From Patescibacteria group bacterium (lineage in GTDB: Bacteria; Patescibacteriota; Dojkabacteria; JAKAPS01), in the NCBI GenBank assembly GCA_025450075.1, contig JANWIC010000008.1, positions 11,289 through 75,288 of the forward strand: a stretch of 64,000 nucleotides of DNA, written 5' to 3'. A program made the translations under genes and the position numbers. Below, in pieces: positions 10,021-19,626 of the stretch. Position 1 is the first letter of the stretch. Every line of letters begins with the position of its first letter. The notes beneath the pieces were generated by a model. That model was not told the origin of the DNA. It made no database searches and was given only the letters and a program-made list of their open reading frames with translations.

Positions 10021-12261
10021 ATGGCAACAATGAATAATATCGTCATAAAAGGGGCGAAAGAGAATAACTTAAAAAATATTGACCTGATGATCCCCCGAAA
10101 TAGCATAGTATGCTTTGTCGGAGTATCCGGATCCGGAAAATCAACTATTGCCTTTGACATAATTGCAAAAGAAGGGCAAAGGCAATACTTTGAATCCTTA
10201 AGCTCCTTTGCCAGAAGATATCTCCAAAAAAGCAACGCTCCGGACGTCGATCTGATCCAAGGGATCTCATCAACTATTATTATTGACCAGGAACGGGTAA
10301 GGAATAGTCCTCGATCAACAGTTGGAACCCTGACCGAAAGCTATACCTATTTGCGGATGCTCTTTTCTCGTGTCGGACTTCCGAGTATGGATTCATCCTT
10401 TTTCTCGTTTAACCATCCCAATGGTGCTTGCAGAGAATGTAAAGGCCTTGGTCGGGCAATTGAAATTGATGTGAATAAGATTGTTGATATGGAGAAGAGC
10501 TTGTCACAAGGGGCGCTTCTCCCATCAGACTGGTATGTAGGAGGAAGACAATGGAAAATTATAAAAGCGACGGGGTATTTTGATATGGATAAGAAAGTGA
10601 AAGATTTTAGCGAAGAAGAATTGCAAACACTTCTCTATCATCCAAAGACTCTTTTTGAAGATGACGAACGTTATGGAGCAAACAGATGGACCTATCAAGG
10701 AATTATCTCCCGGCTTAAAGAAAGGAATTCCAAGGTTCACCGAAGTAACCCACAAAGAGACCTTGGCTATTATACCTCAACAGATTGTCCAACATGCCAC
10801 GGAGGAAGATTACATGAAAAAGCATTATCAGTAAAGATTAATGGGAAGAATATTGGCGAAGTTGCAAATATGTCCATTATTGAGTGCCTGGAATTTGTGA
10901 GAACGATTGACCATCCGCATAGCGAGGCAATTAAACCTCGCCTCATTGAACAGCTCACTGCCCTCATCAATGTCGGCGTTGGATATCTAAGCCTGAATAG
11001 GTCATCTGAGACTTTATCCGGTGGTGAAGCACAAAGAATTAAATTTGCACGACAGCTTGGGTGTGATCTTGTTGAGACAATTTATGTTCTGGATGAACCA
11101 ACCGCTGGATTGCATCCACGGGACGTGGATATGGTCATACAAAACTTAAGAGCATTAAAGGAAAAAGGCAACTCCGTTTTAGTTGTTGAGCATGATAAGG
11201 CTATTATTGAGCAGGCAGATCATATTATCGAAATTGGCCCGGGAGGCGGCGCACAAGGAGGCCAAGTTATTGCCCAAGGGACATTTAATGATATTCTGAT
11301 AACTTCTACCTCACGAATTGCACCCTATCTGCAGGAAAGCTTGAATAATACGCCCCATGCTACAAGAAAACCAACAGGCAGTATTTCTATGAGTCATGCA
11401 AAACGTCATAACCTGAAAGATATCAGCCTCGATATCCCTACAGGAATATTAGTAACTCTTACCGGAGTATCAGGATCAGGCAAGAGTTCTTTAGTAGAAG
11501 AAATGATGGATCGATTTGGTAATTCAATTGTGCTTGTTGACCAAAGCCCTGTAGGAAATTTTAAGCGAGGATGTATAGGAACTTATACAGGATCATTTGA
11601 TATTATCCGAAAAATATTTGCAAAAGAGCATGGTATGTCAGAAAGCTTTTTTAGCTTTAATGCCCATGGAGCGTGTGAAGCATGCCATGGGTTAGGATTT
11701 ATTGATATGGACATGAACTTTTTAGGAAATGTGAAGATATATTGTGAAGCATGTCATAAAAGCAGGTACAAGGAAAAAGTATTGCAATATGAGTATAAAG
11801 GGAAAAATATCGCAGAGGTTCTGAAGATGACGGCAGATGAAATAAAAGAATTTTTCAAAAATGATGCTTTGCAAGAAAAGATGGATCTACTTATTGAAGT
11901 AGGACTTGATTATATCGAAATAGGGCAAACGCTTGATACACTATCCGGAGGAGAATCACAAAGACTAAAACTTGCAAGCCGATTGCAGGCAAAAGGCGAG
12001 TTCTATATCTTAGATGAACCTACCTCTGGGCTTCATTGTGCAGATATCGAAAAGCTCATGAAACTATTAAACCGGTTGGTTGATAACGGAAACACAGTTT
12101 TAGTAGTGGAGCATAATCTTGAAGTAATCAAGTCAGCAGATTGGATCATCGACCTTGGCCCGGAAGGCGGAAATAAAGGAGGATATATCGTGGCGCAAGG
12201 AACTCCCTATGATATTGCAAAAAATGAAGCATCTCCCACGGGGAAGTACTTATCTCTATAA
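10021..12261 (+). CDS. UvrA-like ABC ATPase, short class II / DrrC type
   Basis: Two ABC domains (GVSGSGKS, LSGGE), CxxC zinc motifs; about 750 aa, shorter than canonical UvrA. Confidence 0.88.
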   Translation: MATMNNIVIKGAKENNLKNIDLMIPRNSIVCFVGVSGSGKSTIAFDIIAKEGQRQYFESLSSFARRYLQKSNAPDVDLIQGISSTIIIDQERVRNSPRSTVGTLTESYTYLRMLFSRVGLPSMDSSFFSFNHPNGACRECKGLGRAIEIDVNKIVDMEKSLSQGALLPSDWYVGGRQWKIIKATGYFDMDKKVKDFSEEELQTLLYHPKTLFEDDERYGANRWTYQGIISRLKERNSKVHRSNPQRDLGYYTSTDCPTCHGGRLHEKALSVKINGKNIGEVANMSIIECLEFVRTIDHPHSEAIKPRLIEQLTALINVGVGYLSLNRSSETLSGGEAQRIKFARQLGCDLVETIYVLDEPTAGLHPRDVDMVIQNLRALKEKGNSVLVVEHDKAIIEQADHIIEIGPGGGAQGGQVIAQGTFNDILITSTSRIAPYLQESLNNTPHATRKPTGSISMSHAKRHNLKDISLDIPTGILVTLTGVSGSGKSSLVEEMMDRFGNSIVLVDQSPVGNFKRGCIGTYTGSFDIIRKIFAKEHGMSESFFSFNAHGACEACHGLGFIDMDMNFLGNVKIYCEACHKSRYKEKVLQYEYKGKNIAEVLKMTADEIKEFFKNDALQEKMDLLIEVGLDYIEIGQTLDTLSGGESQRLKLASRLQAKGEFYILDEPTSGLHCADIEKLMKLLNRLVDNGNTVLVVEHNLEVIKSADWIIDLGPEGGNKGGYIVAQGTPYDIAKNEASPTGKYLSL

Positions 12262-12340
12262 TTTCTTTCCCCTATGCCAGCCATGGCAATGCATAAGAGT
12301 TTCTAAGAGCCTACAATGCTGCATGTCTATCTAAAAAGAT

Positions 12341-13888
12341 ATGGAGCATGATCCAATTAAATCCACAATGGAGAGGAAAGTACACCAATCACTTACCATC
12401 CTCAATAACATACAAACTCCTGAAATCGAAGGAACCGATTCACATGGCCGCTTCATTTATGGTCCCGATTGGACACTTGAATCACTCCAGACATGGGTTG
12501 GATCTCATCAAGAGCTATTAGATCCCTATCTTCCGATAGAAGATGGGAAGGGAAATATCCAATGGATAAACGATGAAGGCAATCCAATCGAGCGAAGCGT
12601 TGCATCTGAGCGAAGATGGATCGATTACTATTTCGCAACGGTTGCACTCAAAAGACCGGAATATGTTGCATATATACAAGAATTGACAAACTCAGATCAT
12701 ATGGGTGCAATGCATGCTGACTGCAGGGCATGCGTTGCCATACCTTCATGGCTTGAAGGGAAAAATATATACAATCTGCTTTGCACATATACGCAACAAA
12801 AAGATGCAACAGGTAGAAGCATTGATCCCAATCTCTATGAAATTGCCATTATTATTAACAGGAAGAAAGGGACCGAGCCTGATGAAACAGACGGAGAAAT
12901 ACAACGCTTCATGAAAGATACAAATTACCAGTATAATATCAAATATATTGATGTTGAACTTCCCTCCCCTTTTAATAATGTAGGGACCGCAAGAAAAATT
13001 TTAACAGATGTTTTATTATATCGATCATCCCATCGATCATCCCAACCCTCTCCGCTCTACATACTCTCGGAAGATGCAGATCTTACCGGAGTAGACCCGT
13101 CTACCATATCAAAAACAATAGAAGTATTTGATGCAAGACCTGAAGTATGCGCATTAGTTGGTATACAGGATCGAACACCTGAGATATTACAGCAAAATGA
13201 TCTTCTTTTTTTGTATGCACGCTTTAAAGATTTTAGACAAATTGTTCTTCGACATTCCACTCACCTCTTCTCAGGCTTTGAAGAGATGCAATTCAGGTTT
13301 GGAAGTCCAGTAACCGGTGGATGGAACAGTTCATTCAGAGCTGAGGAATTAGCCCATATCGGTGGATATGACCCTGTCCGGATTCGTGAAGATCTCGTCA
13401 TTGGTGAAAGGATAAGAATGATCCATGGAAATAGTAAGAATGAAAATCCACATGTTGTTGCAAGGATTCCCATTCGATCAGACTCTTCACCCCGACGATT
13501 CATTCTTGCTCTATTTGAGGATATGCATGCATATAATGATTCCTTTTCAGATGAAGTGTATAACAAAGATTTAAAGACACAACCAGTTGAAAAACTTTTA
13601 GAATTAATACAGCCCTTTGTAAGAATTGAAGATAACCCCGGAAAATTTGAAGAAATGTTTACCGTCCAATATCTGTCCCTGCTCGACCTTCATTGTCCAA
13701 GTGATATTGCAATTGATATTTTTCATAAAATTATGTGGGGATTAGGGTTTCACCGATCTGATTATGATATTGAAGATGATCATATAATACTTCGCAATAC
13801 TTCCCGGATACAATGCCTTTTAGATAGATATCGAAGAAGACACCAATGTTATTCTACTGAAGATCTCTTCACTAGAAATTCTGAATAA
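12341..13888 (+). CDS. GT-A fold (GT2-like) glycosyltransferase
   Basis: VAIPSWLE, NVGTARK, EDAD (DxD), IGGYDP..REDL motifs. Confidence 0.7.
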   Translation: MEHDPIKSTMERKVHQSLTILNNIQTPEIEGTDSHGRFIYGPDWTLESLQTWVGSHQELLDPYLPIEDGKGNIQWINDEGNPIERSVASERRWIDYYFATVALKRPEYVAYIQELTNSDHMGAMHADCRACVAIPSWLEGKNIYNLLCTYTQQKDATGRSIDPNLYEIAIIINRKKGTEPDETDGEIQRFMKDTNYQYNIKYIDVELPSPFNNVGTARKILTDVLLYRSSHRSSQPSPLYILSEDADLTGVDPSTISKTIEVFDARPEVCALVGIQDRTPEILQQNDLLFLYARFKDFRQIVLRHSTHLFSGFEEMQFRFGSPVTGGWNSSFRAEELAHIGGYDPVRIREDLVIGERIRMIHGNSKNENPHVVARIPIRSDSSPRRFILALFEDMHAYNDSFSDEVYNKDLKTQPVEKLLELIQPFVRIEDNPGKFEEMFTVQYLSLLDLHCPSDIAIDIFHKIMWGLGFHRSDYDIEDDHIILRNTSRIQCLLDRYRRRHQCYSTEDLFTRNSE

Positions 13889-13925
13889 AACAGATATAAT
13901 ACGATAAGTATTTCAAAACTTTCAG

Positions 13926-14624
13926 ATGAAATCAAAATATGAAATCCATCCAGTACAATCTGATATCCTTGTCTATCTATTATTCCATAACAATTCACGA
14001 TTTTCAGAAATTAATGTAAATAAACTTGATACAGATAGTTTCAACTTCCACCTAAAGAGCCTTCTTGAAGCTGGGCTTATCGAAAAGAAAGATACGACTT
14101 ACTCTCTTACATTAAAGGGAAAAGAATTTGCAAACCGATTTGATACAAACATTTCACAAATTGAAAAACAAGCTAAACTTGGTGTCGTGCTTATCTGCAC
14201 AAAGAAAGAACAGGATCATACCCTTTACCTAATGCAACAACGTCTTAAACATCCCTTTTATGGATATAACGGATTTATCACAGGAAAGATCACCTGGGGA
14301 GAAACGGTTAATGAAACAGCAACACGAGAACTTCAAGAAGAAACAAATCTTACCGGAACTATATCCCTTGCAGGCATTGAGCATAAGATGGATTACTCGG
14401 ATCAAAGCCAATTACTGGAAGATAAATTCTTTTATGTTTGTAAAATAACAGATATAAAAGGAACTTTACATGAACAATTCCAAGGAGGAAGAAATTTCTG
14501 GGTAGAAAAACAGGAAATTGAAAAGATGGACAATTTGTTTGACGACGTATTGTTCTTGATCGAAATGATTGAGACAAACACCCTAACATTTCAAGAACAA
14601 AAATTTATTGTAAAAGGATTTTAA
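13926..14624 (+). CDS. winged-HTH plus NUDIX hydrolase domain protein
   Basis: FNFHLKSLLEAGLIEK wHTH; Nudix box GKITWGETVNETATRELQEETNL. Confidence 0.88.
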   Translation: MKSKYEIHPVQSDILVYLLFHNNSRFSEINVNKLDTDSFNFHLKSLLEAGLIEKKDTTYSLTLKGKEFANRFDTNISQIEKQAKLGVVLICTKKEQDHTLYLMQQRLKHPFYGYNGFITGKITWGETVNETATRELQEETNLTGTISLAGIEHKMDYSDQSQLLEDKFFYVCKITDIKGTLHEQFQGGRNFWVEKQEIEKMDNLFDDVLFLIEMIETNTLTFQEQKFIVKGF

Positions 14625-14676
14625 GAAACTACACCAAATCATTATCTTTTAGAAGAGATAACTACAATGCCCTCAT

Positions 14677-15330
14677 TCACGCTCTTTGGCAGTTGTTTAT
14701 TAATTGAGAAAGGTTTGTATTACCATGTAGGAAAAAGCCATTCATGACACATGGTGCGAAGTCATGCAGACGAACAATGGCAATAAAGGATAATCCAAGA
14801 AAGATAATAATAATGCTAAATATTGTCTTCATGCTTATCACTTTTTCTTTATGGATGTATCTTTGTATCAAAGGATATACATTCACAATTATAGCAAGTG
14901 CAGGAAGGACTAATAACCATATGCGAAGGATAGTGCCATTATATAGAAATGTATTATTCATTGTACTAAGCGCAGCGTTATTCGGATGAGATAAATTTCC
15001 TTGAATTAATCTTGATACGAAATCAACAGATAAAGCAAAAAGAAATGGAAAAAGGAAAATTCCTCCCATCATGTTATATACACTTATTTGGATTTTCCCT
15101 GATGATATATTTGCCATATATTGTTGCGGGTTAAAATATGAAATGCTTGAAGCATTCGTCTTTATAATATCTCCAAGAAGTGAGAACCAAAAATTAACTG
15201 AATGCTTGTTGTTATCGGCATACATGTCATGAAATATTAAAATTAGATCATCTTCAAAAGACTGGCGAAATGATCTTGGATAAAAACGTAAAAACATCCT
15301 ATATATTTTTTCAGCATTTTGTTTTGTCAT
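14677..15330 (-). CDS. membrane protein encoded downstream of PadR
   Basis: N-term YRMFLRFYPRSFRQSF motif typical of PadR partners; three TMs; 4-nt overlap with padR. Confidence 0.7.
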   Translation of the reverse strand: MTKQNAEKIYRMFLRFYPRSFRQSFEDDLILIFHDMYADNNKHSVNFWFSLLGDIIKTNASSISYFNPQQYMANISSGKIQISVYNMMGGIFLFPFLFALSVDFVSRLIQGNLSHPNNAALSTMNNTFLYNGTILRIWLLVLPALAIIVNVYPLIQRYIHKEKVISMKTIFSIIIIFLGLSFIAIVRLHDFAPCVMNGFFLHGNTNLSQLINNCQRA

Positions 15331-15668
15331 ATATTCTGAATATATGTATGTAAGTCATGTTTTTGTGCAACTGTAAGGATAGTTTGAAACCTTTTCAGCT
15401 CATCAGAGACAATGCTCATCCCTTTAGGAGTAATTTCATAATATTTCCTTCTAATGTCCCCTCCTGAATTTGCAGATTCACAAATGAATCCAGCATCAAA
15501 AAGCCTTTTAATTGCCGTATATAACGTTCCAGGGCCGAGTAAGACTTTTCCATTTGAATACTCTCCCACTTTTTTCATGATTTCATATCCATGAGATTTT
15601 TGAATACTTAAAACAAGAAGGATATAGAATACCGGTTGTGTAATGGTTAATTCATTTTGTTGCTTCAT
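15327..15668 (-). CDS. PadR-family transcriptional regulator
   Basis: HGYEIMK, GPGTLYTAIKRL, RRKYYEITPKG. Confidence 0.93.
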   Translation of the reverse strand: MKQQNELTITQPVFYILLVLSIQKSHGYEIMKKVGEYSNGKVLLGPGTLYTAIKRLFDAGFICESANSGGDIRRKYYEITPKGMSIVSDELKRFQTILTVAQKHDLHTYIQNI

Positions 15669-15689
15669 ATGTTTTATTAATTTAACCCG

Positions 15690-15719
15690 ATTATATATCG
15701 ATTGTCGTTATATTGTCAA
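15690..15719 (-). promoter_or_regulatory. padR promoter with palindromic operator
   Basis: TTGACA-N18-TATAAT on minus; inverted repeat TATATCGA-TTG-TCGTTATA at 15694-15712. Confidence 0.75.
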
Positions 15720-15872
15720 GCGATATAGTTTCTATTAAATTCATTTCTTATCTGATTTAAATCTATATGAATAGAAATCAGAAGCGGGATACTCTGAAAA
15801 TGATCAGATACATATGAGACTCTCGAACTTTATTATAATTTTCTGTATACTCATCATGGATTATTCAAACAT

Positions 15873-18116
15873 ATGGATTTAATCAGCACCATAATTATTA
15901 TATTGTTATTATTGTGTATTGTTGTAATTGTTACCTTAGTTGCAAAAAGGCTATTATTTGTTGAAAGAGTAAGGACAATTCTTTCCAAGAAAACCCAAAA
16001 GGTATTTTTAATCAAGATACATCCTTCTAATGAGAAAAAGGAGAATGTATTTGAAGCTTTGCTAAAGACACTTCATGATGTATTACCACATCATACATAT
16101 ATTAGCTTAGAACTTGTCTGCTCAAACCAGTTCATGCATTTTTATGTAACTGCTCCAATTGAGTATGCTTCCTTACTTACTTCACAACTATATTCGCAAT
16201 TTCCTGATGTCGAAATCGAAGAAACTAATGATTACGCGTCTCTACTAAATCCTTATCTTATTGAAATCGCAAATAAAGGGAAAACACCTTTCAAAACATA
16301 TAAAGATGGATTGGAAGATATATTAAAAGGTATTTCTGCAATTTTATCAACAACATCACAAAATGAAGAAATTTTTCTTCAACTTATACTTTCACCCAAT
16401 GGAAGTAAATTTTGGGAAAAGGGGATTAATCATGTATGGGAGAGCATTACTGACCACTCTGAACAAAACAAAATTAATCAAGAAACATTTAGGGGGAAAT
16501 TAATTATTGGATATGCGGCTCAAAATTCTTTAGTGGCAAAGAAGAAAGTGACTACTGTGATTAGACTTTTAAAACAGACAAAATATCCGCATAATGAATT
16601 AAAAGTAAAAAAATTCAATTTTTTTTCAGATATTGCAGTTTTATGGAAATCGAGGACATTTGAATATGGAGATATATGGACAGAAGCAGAAATTGCTTCG
16701 ATTTACCATTTTCCTTATAAAGGGAGTATTACTTCAAATGTTATTCATACCGACTCAAAAAAAGCTCCTGCTCCAGATATACTACCTCTTCAAGGAGATG
16801 ATATATCATTTTTTGGAGAAACAAATTACCATAATGAATTTAAGAAATTTGGAATTAAAAGAATAGATCGAAGACGTCACATGTATGTTGTTGGGAAAAC
16901 TGGATCTGGAAAAAGCAGACTTTTACAATTATTGTTAATTGCTGATATCCAGAATAATCAAGGATGCTGTCTTATCGACCCTCATGGTGACCTTGCACAA
17001 CAAGTACTAACTTATGTTCCAAAAGAAAGAATAAAAGATGTCGTATACATTGACCCTTCAGATAAGGACTTCCCTATTGGGTTCAATCCTCTCGAAAGTA
17101 CACAGGATTTTGAAACAAAACAACATCTTTCAACTTTTTTCATTGCAATATTCAAAAAGCTTTTTGGATACAATTGGAATCCTCGAATGGAACACCTTGT
17201 AAGGTATATTACTCTAGCTCTTCTTGAAACTTCAGATTCGAACATTCTTGGAATATCAAGAATGTTAACAGACACCGCTTTTAGACAAAGAGTAATTAAG
17301 CAGATCCAAGATCCGGTAATCAAGAATTTTTGGACAAACGAATTTCCAGGTTGGATCGAAAAGTATGCAAATGAAGCAGTGATACCTATTATGAATAAAG
17401 TTGGGCAATTCATTGCAAACCCAATGATTCGTAATATGGTTGGACAAAATAAAAACACCTTAGATTTCGAGAGATTTATGGATGAAGGGAAAATTGTTAT
17501 TATTAATTTATCAAAAGGGAAACTTGGAGAAGAAAATACAGCTTTCTTAGGTTCTATGTTCATCACCAAAATACAACAAGCAGCATTAAGCAGGTCCAGA
17601 ATACCTGAAGAAGCACGTAAAGATTTCTATTTTTATGTAGATGAATTCCAGAACTTTGCTACAGATGCATTTTCATCAATTCTTTCTGAGGCACGTAAAT
17701 ATCACCTTAACCTAACCATTGCTCATCAATATATTGCACAGTTACCTGACGATATCAAAGCAACCGCATTTGGAAATGTTGGGTCATTAGTAACTTTTAG
17801 TGTCGGTGGAGATGATGCAAGCTATCTTGGAAAAGAATTTAGTCCTATCTTTACTCCTGATGATTTAATTTCACTCAATACTCGTGAGATGTACATAAAA
17901 TTATCAGTAAATGGAAAACTTACTCCTCCATTTTCTGCAAGAACTATTGAAATACCTTCTACTTCTACAAATTATACAATTGAAATTTTGGAGCATTCTA
18001 GGATTACTTATGGAAAGAATAGAATTGCTGTAGAAAATGAAATTCAGAGGTGGACAAGTAGTGTTGAATTTCAAAGTGATAATGCCTCTGAGACTTTTCC
18101 CGAACCGATTATCTAA
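15873..18116 (+). CDS. VirD4/TraD-like coupling ATPase (DUF87/HerA-FtsK clade)
   Basis: N-term TM, RRRHMYVVGKTGSGKS, IDPHGD, YVDEFQNF, LSEARKY, AHQY. Confidence 0.88.
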   Translation: MDLISTIIIILLLLCIVVIVTLVAKRLLFVERVRTILSKKTQKVFLIKIHPSNEKKENVFEALLKTLHDVLPHHTYISLELVCSNQFMHFYVTAPIEYASLLTSQLYSQFPDVEIEETNDYASLLNPYLIEIANKGKTPFKTYKDGLEDILKGISAILSTTSQNEEIFLQLILSPNGSKFWEKGINHVWESITDHSEQNKINQETFRGKLIIGYAAQNSLVAKKKVTTVIRLLKQTKYPHNELKVKKFNFFSDIAVLWKSRTFEYGDIWTEAEIASIYHFPYKGSITSNVIHTDSKKAPAPDILPLQGDDISFFGETNYHNEFKKFGIKRIDRRRHMYVVGKTGSGKSRLLQLLLIADIQNNQGCCLIDPHGDLAQQVLTYVPKERIKDVVYIDPSDKDFPIGFNPLESTQDFETKQHLSTFFIAIFKKLFGYNWNPRMEHLVRYITLALLETSDSNILGISRMLTDTAFRQRVIKQIQDPVIKNFWTNEFPGWIEKYANEAVIPIMNKVGQFIANPMIRNMVGQNKNTLDFERFMDEGKIVIINLSKGKLGEENTAFLGSMFITKIQQAALSRSRIPEEARKDFYFYVDEFQNFATDAFSSILSEARKYHLNLTIAHQYIAQLPDDIKATAFGNVGSLVTFSVGGDDASYLGKEFSPIFTPDDLISLNTREMYIKLSVNGKLTPPFSARTIEIPSTSTNYTIEILEHSRITYGKNRIAVENEIQRWTSSVEFQSDNASETFPEPII

Positions 18117-19036
18117 AATACGAGAGAATCCCAATTCATATTTGATTGGTATAGGCTTTCTTTAATTACTCTACAAGCAGAGTTATATAATTGTTCGTTT
18201 AATTGCCTGTTCAAGATACAAAACTGCTTATGCGATAAATCTACACATCCTAAACAATTTTTGACATCAATACAATGGAATATATAAGAGCTATCTTGAC
18301 AGTCTTGTGCATATACAGCATGATCACAATTAAACAATCTTACACTATCAACAACTTCCAAAGAGAGTTCATTATGTGAAGAATATGTCACATCTAGTGT
18401 GTTTTTATTGTAAAAGCCATCATAAATATAGGCAGAGTTTTCATTTCTTGCTGCATCAAAGCAAAGGTAGCTATTTAAGTTATAATAGATGTAATCGCCA
18501 TAAGAAGTATTTTCATTATGTCCTTCATTTGTTTGTGTTGCTGGGTAATTCATTTTTATTTCCTCAAGAATTTTCAACACATTTGTTGAAGAAGTTTTCT
18601 TTAATTGTCCAAGCAATTCCTTATATTCTTGTTCAGAGAATTGCCTATTGAAAACGCAAAATTGTTTATTGGTAAGGTTTGCACATCCGAATATATCATT
18701 ACATCCAATACATCGGTAAGAATAATAAGCATCTCGAACACTTGTACACTTATCTAAAAAGTTTCCATTATAGCATTTGTATGCATCATTACATTCGTAA
18801 CATAGTTCTGATTCTACGCAGTAATCGCAATCATTACAATTCACACACATATATGAGTCATATGTATCAGAACAATCAGTACAACTATCACAATCATAAC
18901 AATTGAACAATTTTTTTGAATTTGAAATTTTATCTCCATAATCGCATTCAACTGAACTTTTAATGCTTACAGGAGATTTTGGTTGCAAAAGAATTAATCT
19001 TTGTAATTCTTTAAAAAATGTATCGCTTCCTATCAT
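18113..19036 (-). CDS. Cys-rich repeat protein
   Basis: Two blocks of Cys/Tyr repeats, each ending in (F/L)GC..L..KQFC(V/I)(F/L)NRQ. Confidence 0.8.
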   Translation of the reverse strand: MIGSDTFFKELQRLILLQPKSPVSIKSSVECDYGDKISNSKKLFNCYDCDSCTDCSDTYDSYMCVNCNDCDYCVESELCYECNDAYKCYNGNFLDKCTSVRDAYYSYRCIGCNDIFGCANLTNKQFCVFNRQFSEQEYKELLGQLKKTSSTNVLKILEEIKMNYPATQTNEGHNENTSYGDYIYYNLNSYLCFDAARNENSAYIYDGFYNKNTLDVTYSSHNELSLEVVDSVRLFNCDHAVYAQDCQDSSYIFHCIDVKNCLGCVDLSHKQFCILNRQLNEQLYNSACRVIKESLYQSNMNWDSLVF

Positions 19037-19347
19037 TGAATATCAGGTAATGGATCATTAATAATTGGATCATTCGTAGCAAAATAATCTTCGTAATCTT
19101 TTTTGCACAAGATCTTATTTTGCACATTTTGAGGATTATATGATATAACAACTTCTTTGCCGCATACAGCACAACTTGCCTTATATAATTTTCTTTCACT
19201 TCCTCTTAACTTTAACCTTCTTTTCTGACGACAAGAAGGACATTGGGTTGGAAGAGGTAATTTTTTTTCTTCTAGAATCTTTTGCTCGTTGTCTATAATA
19301 AGGAATTGATTTGAACAATTAGTGCATGTTTGAGTTATTGCTGCCAT
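19033..19347 (-). CDS. zinc-ribbon protein
   Basis: CTNC..F..EQ..CPSCRQKRR and CAVC..C motifs; ATGA overlap with the Cys-rich gene. Confidence 0.82.
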   Translation of the reverse strand: MAAITQTCTNCSNQFLIIDNEQKILEEKKLPLPTQCPSCRQKRRLKLRGSERKLYKASCAVCGKEVVISYNPQNVQNKILCKKDYEDYFATNDPIINDPLPDIQ

Positions 19348-19438
19348 TTTCTTAATTTATATTGATAATATACACTATCAATAAATTTAACACAATTCCT
19401 CGACAATATTATCCCCCATACTGTATAATATAGACACT

Positions 19439-19498
19439 ATGGAAAACGTACGAAGACTACATGTAAATAGATCAACGACAACCACGACAACGCTTTAG
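19439..19498 (+). CDS. Thr-rich leader peptide MENVRRLHVNRSTTTTTTL
   Basis: ACG ACA ACC ACG ACA ACG at 19475-19492; follows TCGACA-N18-TATAAT (19400-19429); lies directly upstream of thrS. Confidence 0.9.
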   Translation: MENVRRLHVNRSTTTTTTL

Positions 19499-19499
19499 G

Positions 19500-19562
19500 C
19501 CTGTCGGGGTAGTCAGACGTGTACGTTCTCTTCCATACATATTCTCCCGACAGGGAGTTTTT
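19500..19562 (+). promoter_or_regulatory. transcription attenuator (antiterminator and terminator)
   Basis: Terminator CTCCC-GACA-GGGAG-TTTTT (19544-19562); CCTGTCGGG (19500-19508) is perfectly complementary to CCCGACAGG (19546-19554). Confidence 0.85.
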
Positions 19563-19626
19563 GCTTTCCCAAGACTCGTGTAACGACACCATCGTAAGAA
19601 GAGATAAATTACTTTATCTTTCTAAT

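Noticed and set aside
9972-10235. Overlapping extended starts of the MerR and uvrA-like ORFs
   Set aside because: The extensions overlap each other and the operator; likely starts are 9971 and 10021.
15873-18116. Conjugative element suggested by the VirD4-like ATPase
   Set aside because: No relaxase, VirB genes, integrase or att repeats nearby; solo copies are common chromosomal genes in CPR-like genomes.
19519-19626. N-terminal extension of thrS from GTG 19519
   Set aside because: Runs through the attenuator terminator; ATG 19627 is the more plausible start.
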